This document shows, piece after piece, positions 10,024-18,071 of a DNA stretch of 64,000 bases; positions within the stretch are counted from its first letter, which is position 1, and each line of letters starts with the position of its first letter. This DNA is from a virus. Its lineage: Duplodnaviria > Heunggongvirae > Uroviricota > Caudoviricetes. The stretch is from the IMG/VR virus record IMGVR_UViG_3300033067_001661, positions 32,001-96,000 of that record. One strand, 5' to 3'. The notes below the pieces were generated by a model. That model saw nothing but the letters and a program-made list of their open reading frames with translations. It made no database searches and was not told the origin of the DNA. Position numbers and translations under genes: made by a program.

Positions 10024-10581
10024 ATGGGTAAACTTAACGAAGCAATATGTTATCTCAGCGGCCCTATTGACAAGGCCAAAGACCTTGGAAGAGGTTGGCG
10101 CAAAGAATTCATTGCCAAGACAAGCAACTTGGGAATGCAGATTATTGACCCCTGTAATAAGCCTGCTTCTTTTGTTCATGAAGTCAAAGGCGACGTTCGA
10201 ACCGTCACCAAGATGAGAGAAGAGAAGCAATGGGTTGAGTTACAGAAGTTTGTCAAGAAGTTCCGCAGAGAAGACTTGAGATTCACTGACGTTTCAGACT
10301 TCTTGGTTGTTTATATAGATCCTGACGTTCCTTCCTACGGAACGCTTGACGAGTTGTTTACAGCCGAAGACCAGAAAAAGCCTTGCTTCTGTATTTGCAA
10401 GGGAGGTATCGAGTGCCTTCCAACTTGGCTATTCGGAGTTTTTAGGCTTGAAGAAGTCTTCGGTTCGATTGACGAATGCGTTGCTCACCTTATGAAGATT
10501 GACAATGGCGAGATAAACATAGAAGAGGACCGAAGATGGGTATTGTTCAGAAAAGAACTGAGAAATCAATGTCTTTCCTAA
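10024..10581 (+). CDS. Nucleoside 2-deoxyribosyltransferase-like protein
   Basis: YLSGPID...WR, IIDP, DL...SD..VVY, SYGTLDEL, KP. Start moved to the ATG at 10024 with RBS TAAGGA. Confidence 0.75.
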   Translation: MGKLNEAICYLSGPIDKAKDLGRGWRKEFIAKTSNLGMQIIDPCNKPASFVHEVKGDVRTVTKMREEKQWVELQKFVKKFRREDLRFTDVSDFLVVYIDPDVPSYGTLDELFTAEDQKKPCFCICKGGIECLPTWLFGVFRLEEVFGSIDECVAHLMKIDNGEINIEEDRRWVLFRKELRNQCLS

Positions 10582-11468
10582 ATGGTTATCTCCGATGGAT
10601 TGGAGGTAAGTCTAGTATCGCAGAACAAATTCTGCCGAACTTCCCAAACGATATTGATATCTATGTAGAACCTTTTGTTGGTTCTGGTGCTATGTTTTTC
10701 GCCTGGTACAAGAGTCTTGAATATAAGTCTTGCAATATCTTCCATGACAATATAAAGTTTCCAAGCAAAATCGTTCTCTGCGATATAAACAGCCATCTTA
10801 TAAACTGTCACAGAATGGTTAGAGACAACTGCGAAGAAGTCTTGGCAAGGGTTTTGCAACTTCAAGAAAAACATAACGCCCTTGGCGAACACTTCGAATC
10901 AATGTACAAAGATATTAGAAAGACAGTAACAGACGATATAACAAGCTCAAATCAAATCGAACTTGCTGCGCAGTTTATGTATGTCAACAAGACTTGCTTT
11001 AATGGAATTTGGAGAGTAAATAGGGCTGGAAAGAACAACGTTCCTTCTAATAAGAAAACGCATATTAGCTTTAACGAAGAAGCGATTAGAGACGCCTCTA
11101 GAATGCTTAAGAAAGCAGAGATTAGAGAAGTCAACTTCACGAATCTAAACTTTGCTCCATGTAAGGATGTCTTTGTTTACTTAGACCCTCCATATTACCC
11201 AATCTCAAAAACTTCAAGCTTCGCTTCATATAACAAAGAAAGAGAAAATGATGACAAGCTGCTTGAAAAACTAAAGAGATATTGTCAAGAGCTTGACGGT
11301 TGCGGAATAAAATGGGCAATGTCTAATAGCAATGCAAAAGAAGTTCTCGACTCCTTTTCAAACAATCGCATTATCCCCATAAGCGCTCACAGATTCGTTC
11401 GAGCAATTAAGAAAAACAACGAAAGGCGAGAGAAGATAACAGAAACTCTCATACTAGGCAAACAATGA
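10569..11468 (+). CDS. dam: Dam-family (D12 class) N6-adenine DNA methyltransferase
   Basis: RWIGGK, EPFVGSGA, DIN, NKTCFNGIWRVN, YLDPPY; start moved to 10569. Confidence 0.9.
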   Translation: MSFLNGYLRWIGGKSSIAEQILPNFPNDIDIYVEPFVGSGAMFFAWYKSLEYKSCNIFHDNIKFPSKIVLCDINSHLINCHRMVRDNCEEVLARVLQLQEKHNALGEHFESMYKDIRKTVTDDITSSNQIELAAQFMYVNKTCFNGIWRVNRAGKNNVPSNKKTHISFNEEAIRDASRMLKKAEIREVNFTNLNFAPCKDVFVYLDPPYYPISKTSSFASYNKERENDDKLLEKLKRYCQELDGCGIKWAMSNSNAKEVLDSFSNNRIIPISAHRFVRAIKKNNERREKITETLILGKQ

Positions 11469-12205
11469 TATTCAAATACTCAGGAAATAAATGGAAGGTC
11501 TTACAGAAGCTCGGTCTTCAATTACCTTCTCATAAAAGACTAGCTGAACTTTACTTGGGTTCTGGCGCTTTCATACTTAGTAATAAAGGTCCAGCTTTAG
11601 GCATGGACACAAATCCAGATATTGTTGACCTTTGGAAATGGCTTAAAACAGTCAAACCAGAAGAGCTTAGAGAACTTGAGAGGGTTAGACAAGTTCATGT
11701 TGCTGCTGCTAGCAACAACAAGCCTGACGTTAGAAAGATGGGTCTCGATAGAGGCGCTGAACTCTATATGCGAGTCAACGTTACGGGAGTGTATGTAGGT
11801 CAACTAAGTTCTTGGAAAGTTTATCCCAAATGGAAGCTTCCCGTTGAGCAAACGATCTCTCGTCTAGAAAGAGTGAAAGAGATAGACATTAGACTTGGCA
11901 AAGCTCATATAGATTACACGCAAGAAGACGGCGATCTTGTTTTCTTAGATCCGCCGTATGTTGGAACGAAAGGTAACTATAAACAAGGCGCAAAGAAAGG
12001 TATTGAAGAGTCATACAATCCTCAAGACACGATAGACCTTATCTCTAGGCTTTCGTGTCCAATCATTTTGACTTATGGAACAGACGCAAAGACGGCTTTC
12101 CCTCAATATGAATGGCAAGAAGTCCTAAGAAAGAAAGTTCCCCTTATTAGAAAAGGCGGAACCGTTGAACGAATAGAGCATGTTACTTTAATAAACTGGA
12201 AATAA
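11465..12205 (+). CDS. Second D12-class N6-adenine DNA methyltransferase
   Basis: FKYSGNK, ELYLGSGA, FLDPPY; ATGA overlap with the upstream dam gene. Confidence 0.8.
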   Translation: MIFKYSGNKWKVLQKLGLQLPSHKRLAELYLGSGAFILSNKGPALGMDTNPDIVDLWKWLKTVKPEELRELERVRQVHVAAASNNKPDVRKMGLDRGAELYMRVNVTGVYVGQLSSWKVYPKWKLPVEQTISRLERVKEIDIRLGKAHIDYTQEDGDLVFLDPPYVGTKGNYKQGAKKGIEESYNPQDTIDLISRLSCPIILTYGTDAKTAFPQYEWQEVLRKKVPLIRKGGTVERIEHVTLINWK

Positions 12206-12207
12206 CA

Positions 12208-12888
12208 ATGAGTAACGAAGGTATTAACATTTTCGAAAAAGCCATACTTCCTGAGTTTGGAAAGAGATTTCCAAGCCAGCATTACACTTATGATATGTTC
12301 ACAAATCTTGTGCGTCCCAAAGATTCGCAAGACCGCAGAGCCGACGAGCGCTATTGGCAAAAGAAGGCCAAAGCTGGTCAGGAATGCTTCATTATTTGGA
12401 AAGAAATACTATCTAAGTTCGACGGCAATCCAACAAGCGTAAGCAAAGAAACCAATGACTTGTTAGACCGTCTTGAGCAATGGTATAACAATGAATCAGC
12501 AAAGGGTTTGATAAGAAATCCGAACTCTCAAGGTTCTAATGCGCCTTTCAAAATGGCTCCTGATTTGGACTTTCTGAATAGAGTCTGTCCCGAATATGCG
12601 CCGTGGGATACTAAGTCTTTCAGAAGCCTTATGATACCAGACAAGGCTGACAATCCAGTTGTTACTTCTATGAAGAAGGCCTTTTCTGAAGGCTATAGAA
12701 GCCGTAACGAGCAATCGCTATCATTGTGGTCAAAAGACAGAAAGTTCTATTTCATGAATAGAGACCGCATTATCAAGCTGCTAACTAGCAAGGGAATCGA
12801 CCCCAACAACAAAGACGTTGCGCGTTCGTTATTGAAGTTTTCTGACAACTACAATGAATCGCTTAGAAAAGAGCTTGATGTATTATGA
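12208..12888 (+). CDS. Hypothetical protein, candidate PD-(D/E)xK nuclease
   Basis: APDLDF...WDTKS fits PD-x(n)-DxK; follows two methyltransferases. Confidence 0.35.
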   Translation: MSNEGINIFEKAILPEFGKRFPSQHYTYDMFTNLVRPKDSQDRRADERYWQKKAKAGQECFIIWKEILSKFDGNPTSVSKETNDLLDRLEQWYNNESAKGLIRNPNSQGSNAPFKMAPDLDFLNRVCPEYAPWDTKSFRSLMIPDKADNPVVTSMKKAFSEGYRSRNEQSLSLWSKDRKFYFMNRDRIIKLLTSKGIDPNNKDVARSLLKFSDNYNESLRKELDVL

Positions 12889-12998
12889 AGAAAATCTGGG
12901 ACAAAATCAAATATCATCCCATTATTGAGTTTTGGCCGTTTTGGTTCTTACCAACCATTATTATTCTGGGTTGGGTCTTGACCACCTTGGGGTTCTAA
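12885..12998 (+). CDS. Possible 37-aa membrane peptide (not in ORF track)
   Basis: MKKIWDKIKYHPIIEFWPFWFLPTIIILGWVLTTLGF; ATGA overlap with the upstream stop codon. Confidence 0.35.
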   Translation: MKKIWDKIKYHPIIEFWPFWFLPTIIILGWVLTTLGF

Positions 12999-13307
12999 TC
13001 CCTGGTCAATAGGCGGCATTTGAAGAGGGTCAGGAACCTGCTCAAAATCTTGGGTTCTATTGTTCAGTATTTGAATAAGCTCTTGCTGTGTAGGCGTAAG
13101 CATACCGCCCTGCTCTCGCATAACGATAGCAGACGCTGTACTAACTGCTCCCATAAGAACCATTTGATTGTCTGCGCCTTGCATTTGATGAGATATGTCG
13201 TCATTAGCGCTTGCTGAATCAAGTCCATTTCTTGCGTTTCGTAGCCATGCTACTATAACGCCTGTTATGTCATTACCAAGTGCTGCTATTTTGTACCAAC
13301 TACTCAT
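12948..13307 (-). CDS. Hypothetical protein with N-terminal WYK motif
   Basis: 119-aa ORF starting MSSWYKIAA; ATGA overlap with the upstream gene. Confidence 0.65.
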   Translation of the reverse strand: MSSWYKIAALGNDITGVIVAWLRNARNGLDSASANDDISHQMQGADNQMVLMGAVSTASAIVMREQGGMLTPTQQELIQILNNRTQDFEQVPDPLQMPPIDQGLEPQGGQDPTQNNNGW

Positions 13308-13663
13308 TTTTGCTTTCTATATCCCATCTTCCAAAGAGCTTTTGATAAATCTCTTCCTACTTCGCTAACAACTTCTTCGTCTAAATCCCAGAAACAAGCA
13401 TGCAACATCTCATGGATAAGTATTTCAAGCTCTTCATCATTTTCCAACATCTTATGTATCTTGATTAGTCTATTTGTAAACTTAGGGTCAGTACAATATC
13501 CCCAAAGATCAGAACCAACCTTACCAGTCTTCTGGATCTTGTACTTCTTTCCCCTTAGTTTAACAACATGCTGCTTCTTGCTCTTTGTTGCCTTCTTCTT
13601 GGCGACAGAACAACTATTCTTTTTAGGAGCCTTTTGGCGAGTTGTCTTGCGAGCCTTTTTCAT
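13304..13663 (-). CDS. Small HExxH zinc-metallopeptidase-like protein with basic N-terminal tail
   Basis: LIHEMLHACF motif; Lys-rich N-terminus. Confidence 0.65.
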   Translation of the reverse strand: MKKARKTTRQKAPKKNSCSVAKKKATKSKKQHVVKLRGKKYKIQKTGKVGSDLWGYCTDPKFTNRLIKIHKMLENDEELEILIHEMLHACFWDLDEEVVSEVGRDLSKALWKMGYRKQK

Positions 13664-13699
13664 ACCCTACCAATTCAATCTGTAAGGGTATGCTCCTTT
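13661..13699 (-). promoter_or_regulatory. SigH-like promoter AAAGGA-N17-GAAT with a hairpin covering the start codon
   Basis: Minus strand reads AAAGGA GCATACCCTTACAGATT GAATTG GTAGGGT ATG; CATACCCT(T)AC pairs with GTAGGGTATG. Confidence 0.5.
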
Positions 13700-13706
13700 C
13701 TTATTT

Positions 13707-14630
13707 TCAGTATCTAAATCTTCTTAACCAGTTTCCAAAATTTGTATTTGCCAAAACTTCATCTACAGTAGCATTTGCGCTTATAGAATGATAATTAATA
13801 GCACAAATTAGTCTTTCTGAATAATCTTGATTGTGCCTAAAATCAAAAATATGAGTAAGCATATTAGGATTCCTGCTACAGTCTAAAACCGCCGCAGAGC
13901 CACTGTGAAAGCTTCTTGTAAACGCAGCAACTGGAATTCCCATGTATAAAGCTTTATACATCATACTGCTTGAGTTTAATACCAAAGCCCCGCATCTTGC
14001 CAAACTATCAAAAGGATCGTCTATAAAGTCGATTTCCCAGCTTGGATTACGTTCGCAGAAGGGCGCATAGAATTCTTGCATCTTTTGACGGTCTCTAGGA
14101 TGCCCTCGTATAATAACTTTTGTGTTTTTAGGAAGATACTTCTCACAATTCTTGAGCAAAATAGTATCTTCATGTTTACGAGCTTGTAAAGCCGCCATTA
14201 CTATTTTATCTTTTGATACTTTTTCGGGTTGTTTCCAACCGTTATTAGCGAGCTTAACATAAACTTCATCAATATAACTTTGAGGAAACTTCCTAACATT
14301 TTCTCTCAAAGCAACGATATTAGAATTTTGTCCATATCCATTATCATCAAGATAATAGGACTTGCCTCTATCAAGAAGTCCATTCTCTAAGAACAAGATA
14401 TTGACTTTTCTTTTCTGTTCTGCTTCAGACGGAGAAAAGCAAACCCATGCAATCGAGTTTTTCTTTTGCTGTATAGCTTCGAAATGCTTTGAAGCAGAAG
14501 TATTAACTCCATCAACAAATGGAATCTGGTCTAAAAATATGTCAAATGAATGACAAGCCAAACCAAATGATTGAACAAGTTTGGTCTTGAGAACTCCAGG
14601 CCAAGATATAACCGAAGCCGTACCAATCAT
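13707..14630 (-). CDS. KpsS/KpsC-like capsule-synthesis glycosyltransferase
   Basis: LFLENGLL..YYLDDNG, IIRGHPRD, NSSSMMYKALYMGIPV. Confidence 0.65.
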   Translation of the reverse strand: MIGTASVISWPGVLKTKLVQSFGLACHSFDIFLDQIPFVDGVNTSASKHFEAIQQKKNSIAWVCFSPSEAEQKRKVNILFLENGLLDRGKSYYLDDNGYGQNSNIVALRENVRKFPQSYIDEVYVKLANNGWKQPEKVSKDKIVMAALQARKHEDTILLKNCEKYLPKNTKVIIRGHPRDRQKMQEFYAPFCERNPSWEIDFIDDPFDSLARCGALVLNSSSMMYKALYMGIPVAAFTRSFHSGSAAVLDCSRNPNMLTHIFDFRHNQDYSERLICAINYHSISANATVDEVLANTNFGNWLRRFRY

Positions 14631-16126
14631 GATTCGGATGAGAAACTTGTTGCGGCTTTGAAGTTATTAGAAACCTCAATACTCTTGATGCATCTGCACT
14701 CAAAGCCTTTACTAATCAAGTATTTTGAAACGTCTGACATTGAGTTTATCGAATCTTTCATATCAAGCAAAAGATGAGCGGCCTTTGCCGGTAAAATAGT
14801 TATGCCGCCATGCAAAGCAGATATGAGAGGGATATCAAGAACAGAATCCTTACTCTGACTTAGATTTGGTCTTATACCGTAATCGTCTTCAAGCTCTCCA
14901 TATGAAACGGCTATCTTATTATCTTCATAATCCTTGCCAGCCGTACAAAAGAATGCATTAGGGAACTCAATAGACGCCGCTATTGCTCTTTCAATATAAA
15001 GCTTAGGAACTTTGATATGACCATCAACAAGAATGATTAGTTTACCAGAAGTTTTCTTGAAAGCGTTCCTTATTGACTCAAGATAAGTAGCACCGGCAGG
15101 AGCGAAGCGAATACCATCAATCTTAGATAATAACTTCTTTTCTGCTTCATGGAGCCTAAAGTCTGAAACAATTGTCTCAGATGGAGCAATCTTTCTTGGG
15201 ATTATAACTCTTAATGTTGAATCATAAACAGAACCAAGCGAGTTTGGAATCACAATAACAGAAGTTGTTGGTATCTCGACCTTTCCAACTCCTCCAAACT
15301 TTTCAACTTTACTTGTTGCCTCAGGATAGTCTTTTACAATCCTTGATATGATTCTACCATATAGTTCTGAGGATACTGGCTTTTCTCCGCCAGCATGAGC
15401 ATATTTTGTTCTTACAACTTGATTCATGCTTACCAAAAATCTTGGCGCGAAATTCATTTCCTTTGCAAGCATAACAGAGACGTACTGATCTAAAGTATCC
15501 TGCGGAACCCATTGCAAAGCCGGTTTTGCAGAGAAGAAATTATCAAAGTTCTCTTGATTAAGAGAAATGATATCGAAGATTGTCTGAGAGAACCTATTGA
15601 AGTATTCAAAATTACTTCCACCTATAACGCCAAGGGTTGCAAAGTTATGCTCTTTCTTGGCCTTGTAGTTATTCCACCAAGACGGGACATCAAACTCTGA
15701 AAATAACTCTGGTCTACATGGAATCTCTGGAGCTTTTTCAATAGAACGATAAAACTGTCTTTCAAATAAGACTCCGCTTCCAAATAATTCTTGAGGTATT
15801 ACATCAAACAAGTAAGCGTCATAATCAAGATGAATAAACGGTTCTTTCTGTATACCAAGCGTATAAGTTCTTCCAAGAGAAAAGAATCTAGGATTCTTAC
15901 CCTTCAAATCATTAAGAGAAAGATCCACGCTTGCAAAGTCAAGACCCAATTGATCTACAAGGAAATTCTTACCCGCATCGTCTGTATAAAGATGAGGCTT
16001 ACCATAAGTCTTGGTTACAGCTTCTACAGAAAGTATCCATGACATATTCCATGCAGCAGGATTCACCCATCTACGATGGAAACCTCTTATATACGGCTCT
16101 GACCAAAAAGACATTATCGGTTTCAT
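14627..16126 (-). CDS. Two-domain glycosyltransferase-like protein (DUF6734-like N-half, GT2-like C-half)
   Basis: SFWSEP, LYTD, PFIHLDYD (DxD), GVIGG; C-half SVIVI...IILVDGH. Confidence 0.55.
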   Translation of the reverse strand: MKPIMSFWSEPYIRGFHRRWVNPAAWNMSWILSVEAVTKTYGKPHLYTDDAGKNFLVDQLGLDFASVDLSLNDLKGKNPRFFSLGRTYTLGIQKEPFIHLDYDAYLFDVIPQELFGSGVLFERQFYRSIEKAPEIPCRPELFSEFDVPSWWNNYKAKKEHNFATLGVIGGSNFEYFNRFSQTIFDIISLNQENFDNFFSAKPALQWVPQDTLDQYVSVMLAKEMNFAPRFLVSMNQVVRTKYAHAGGEKPVSSELYGRIISRIVKDYPEATSKVEKFGGVGKVEIPTTSVIVIPNSLGSVYDSTLRVIIPRKIAPSETIVSDFRLHEAEKKLLSKIDGIRFAPAGATYLESIRNAFKKTSGKLIILVDGHIKVPKLYIERAIAASIEFPNAFFCTAGKDYEDNKIAVSYGELEDDYGIRPNLSQSKDSVLDIPLISALHGGITILPAKAAHLLLDMKDSINSMSDVSKYLISKGFECRCIKSIEVSNNFKAATSFSSES

Positions 16127-16135
16127 ATACTACCT

Positions 16136-18019
16136 TTATAACTGCTCTGTTGTTCCGCTCATATATGACTGATCAAAATGAGTATTAAAAGCTGTTGTTG
16201 TTCCAGTTTTTGTTGATGGAATATCTTGCGCATTGTGAACAACAAATTCATCTGCAATAAAGCTATGAATATCTTTGACAGTCAAATTGAATGTCTCAAC
16301 TACTCCTAAAACAAGTTCAATACTTGTTATTTCTACTTCGTTCTGTTGTTCGTCAAGCATCTTGAATCCAGCTTGAAGAGCCTGCGCCTCAACATACCTC
16401 CATTGATTCGCAAATCTAACAAAGAAGGGATGCTCATGAGTTACTCTAATCTTATTATTGATAACATAGTGTTGTTTTTCTGAACCTTTTCTTGCGTTCA
16501 GAACTTTTCCATTCTTAAAGAACTGCCCATCTCTTGAAGAGAAGTTCGCGGAGAGATATTGTTCCTTTATCAAGGGAAGTTCAGGTATGTAATAACCCAA
16601 AACTTCTTCGCCTTCGATAACGGTTTCAATAGGCTTCTTAGAGCCGTCGCTCATAGTAATCAGTGTTCCTGCTAAGAAACATCCAGAAGGAGAAAGAGAA
16701 ATAGGCGGAGGTGGAGGAGGTGGAGGGCTTCCAGGCGGAGGGCTTCCAGGCGGAGGGCTTCCCGGAGGAGGGCTTCCCGGAGGAGGACTTCCCGGAGGAG
16801 GACTTCCCGGAGGAGGACTTCCCGGAGGAGGACTTCCCGGAGGAGGAGATATAATAATCGACGGCGACGGAGGCGGCGGCGGCGGTGAAGGGCTTGGAGA
16901 AGGCAATGGCGGGGGCGAAGGAGACGCAATAGGCGACGGAGATAACGACGCTGGCGGCGGTGACCCTCCAGGCGACGGAGAAATTCCAGGCGATGGAGAA
17001 GGCGACGGAGAAGCCCCAGGCGACGGAGAGGCTCCAGGCGACGGAGAAGGTGGTGGAGGAGGAGGGGAAATGGGCGGAGGGGAAAGGCAATGGCCTTCGT
17101 CGCCACCAGCCGTATTTACAACCTGACAAGTTCCATTACCATCAAGATAGTAAATATGAACCCACCAAGCAGTTCCTGAACCGCCATCGCAATTTGGAAT
17201 AACAACAAGCTGCGGCGGCAAATCAGAAGGATTAACGTCAACTATAACGTCTCCATTGCAACCGCAACATCCTGAATCAAACAAGATATGAAACGGATCA
17301 ACTCCATATGGATAAGGAGGAGGACCGCCTCCAAAGTTGCATAAGTTTGTCGTAATATCATTCGGATCAGCTAAAGCAGACAACACTATAACATGGTCTT
17401 TAACTGAGTATGTTTCATATTGAATTCTAATTTGAGTTTGATCTATAATTGGAGTGCAATCAAGAGAAGGCGGAGGATTACACCCGTCATCATGAGGATA
17501 TGGAATGTACATCTTACCATGAAGATATCTAAGGATATTTAAGGCATAGATAAGCTCATTAATTCGACTACCTATGTCTTTAGCAAACTCGATTATATTT
17601 GCGGAAGCAAACGGGTCTGGAGGCGGAGTAAAATCAACTCCATTTGGAGCTATAGCTGATACGCCAATAATAGGCAAACCGCCGCTATAATGGAAAAATC
17701 CAACATAAACATCGCAATCAGGAAGCTTGCCATATTCTTCTATGATATTACCATAAACAAACTCTCTAATAGCGTCTTGAAATCTTTCTATAGAATCAAT
17801 GAGGCCAGTTGGACTGGTTGTATCATAGGATTCAACGTTGATAAATGCATTTTCTGGAATTGAAAAACCAACCGAAATTCCAGCCTGCCTCATGCGGATA
17901 GCTTCTGCTACCTGCGAAAAAATAGTATCAAAGTCCGCAAACTGAAATGTCTGCGGAACATAGTTTGATACCTTCTTGAAAGAAGTCACATATTGAGATA
18001 AGTCAAATGGATCTGGCAT
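16136..18019 (-). CDS. Pro/Ser-rich putative virion protein with C-terminal Hint (intein-like) domain
   Basis: ~130-aa SP/PPPGS low-complexity tract, then G|CFLAGT...VTHEHPF...TFNLTV...VVHN|A. Confidence 0.85.
   Translation of the reverse strand: MPDPFDLSQYVTSFKKVSNYVPQTFQFADFDTIFSQVAEAIRMRQAGISVGFSIPENAFINVESYDTTSPTGLIDSIERFQDAIREFVYGNIIEEYGKLPDCDVYVGFFHYSGGLPIIGVSAIAPNGVDFTPPPDPFASANIIEFAKDIGSRINELIYALNILRYLHGKMYIPYPHDDGCNPPPSLDCTPIIDQTQIRIQYETYSVKDHVIVLSALADPNDITTNLCNFGGGPPPYPYGVDPFHILFDSGCCGCNGDVIVDVNPSDLPPQLVVIPNCDGGSGTAWWVHIYYLDGNGTCQVVNTAGGDEGHCLSPPPISPPPPPPSPSPGASPSPGASPSPSPSPGISPSPGGSPPPASLSPSPIASPSPPPLPSPSPSPPPPPPSPSIIISPPPGSPPPGSPPPGSPPPGSPPPGSPPPGSPPPGSPPPGSPPPPPPPPISLSPSGCFLAGTLITMSDGSKKPIETVIEGEEVLGYYIPELPLIKEQYLSANFSSRDGQFFKNGKVLNARKGSEKQHYVINNKIRVTHEHPFFVRFANQWRYVEAQALQAGFKMLDEQQNEVEITSIELVLGVVETFNLTVKDIHSFIADEFVVHNAQDIPSTKTGTTTAFNTHFDQSYMSGTTEQL
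16232..16681 (-). other. Hint / bacterial intein-like (BIL) autoprocessing domain, 150 aa
   Basis: Cys1 (TGT at 16679-16681), block B TxxHPF, terminal HN; the +1 residue is Ala, not Cys/Ser/Thr. Confidence 0.85.
16727..16846 (-). repeat. 8 x 15-bp tandem repeat encoding (PPPGS)8
   Basis: + strand units: gcttccaggcggagg x2, gcttcccggaggagg x2, acttcccggaggagg x4. Confidence 0.95.
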
Positions 18020-18071
18020 GGTTTATTTTCTCATCGGTTCAAAAAGCGATTCGCAATCAAGCTGCACAACA

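Noticed and set aside
16232-16681. Hint domain as a canonical splicing intein
   Set aside because: The +1 residue is Ala, only 31 residues follow, and it is not inserted in a conserved enzyme motif
16727-16846. Repeat array as a possible CRISPR
   Set aside because: Head-to-tail 15-bp units with no spacers, in frame within a CDS
16638-17202. Alternative-frame ORFs 16638..17129, 16672..17106 and 16960..17202 with SSSGK / LLREV repeats
   Set aside because: Shadow frames of the GC-rich proline repeat, which lacks stop codons; no RBS
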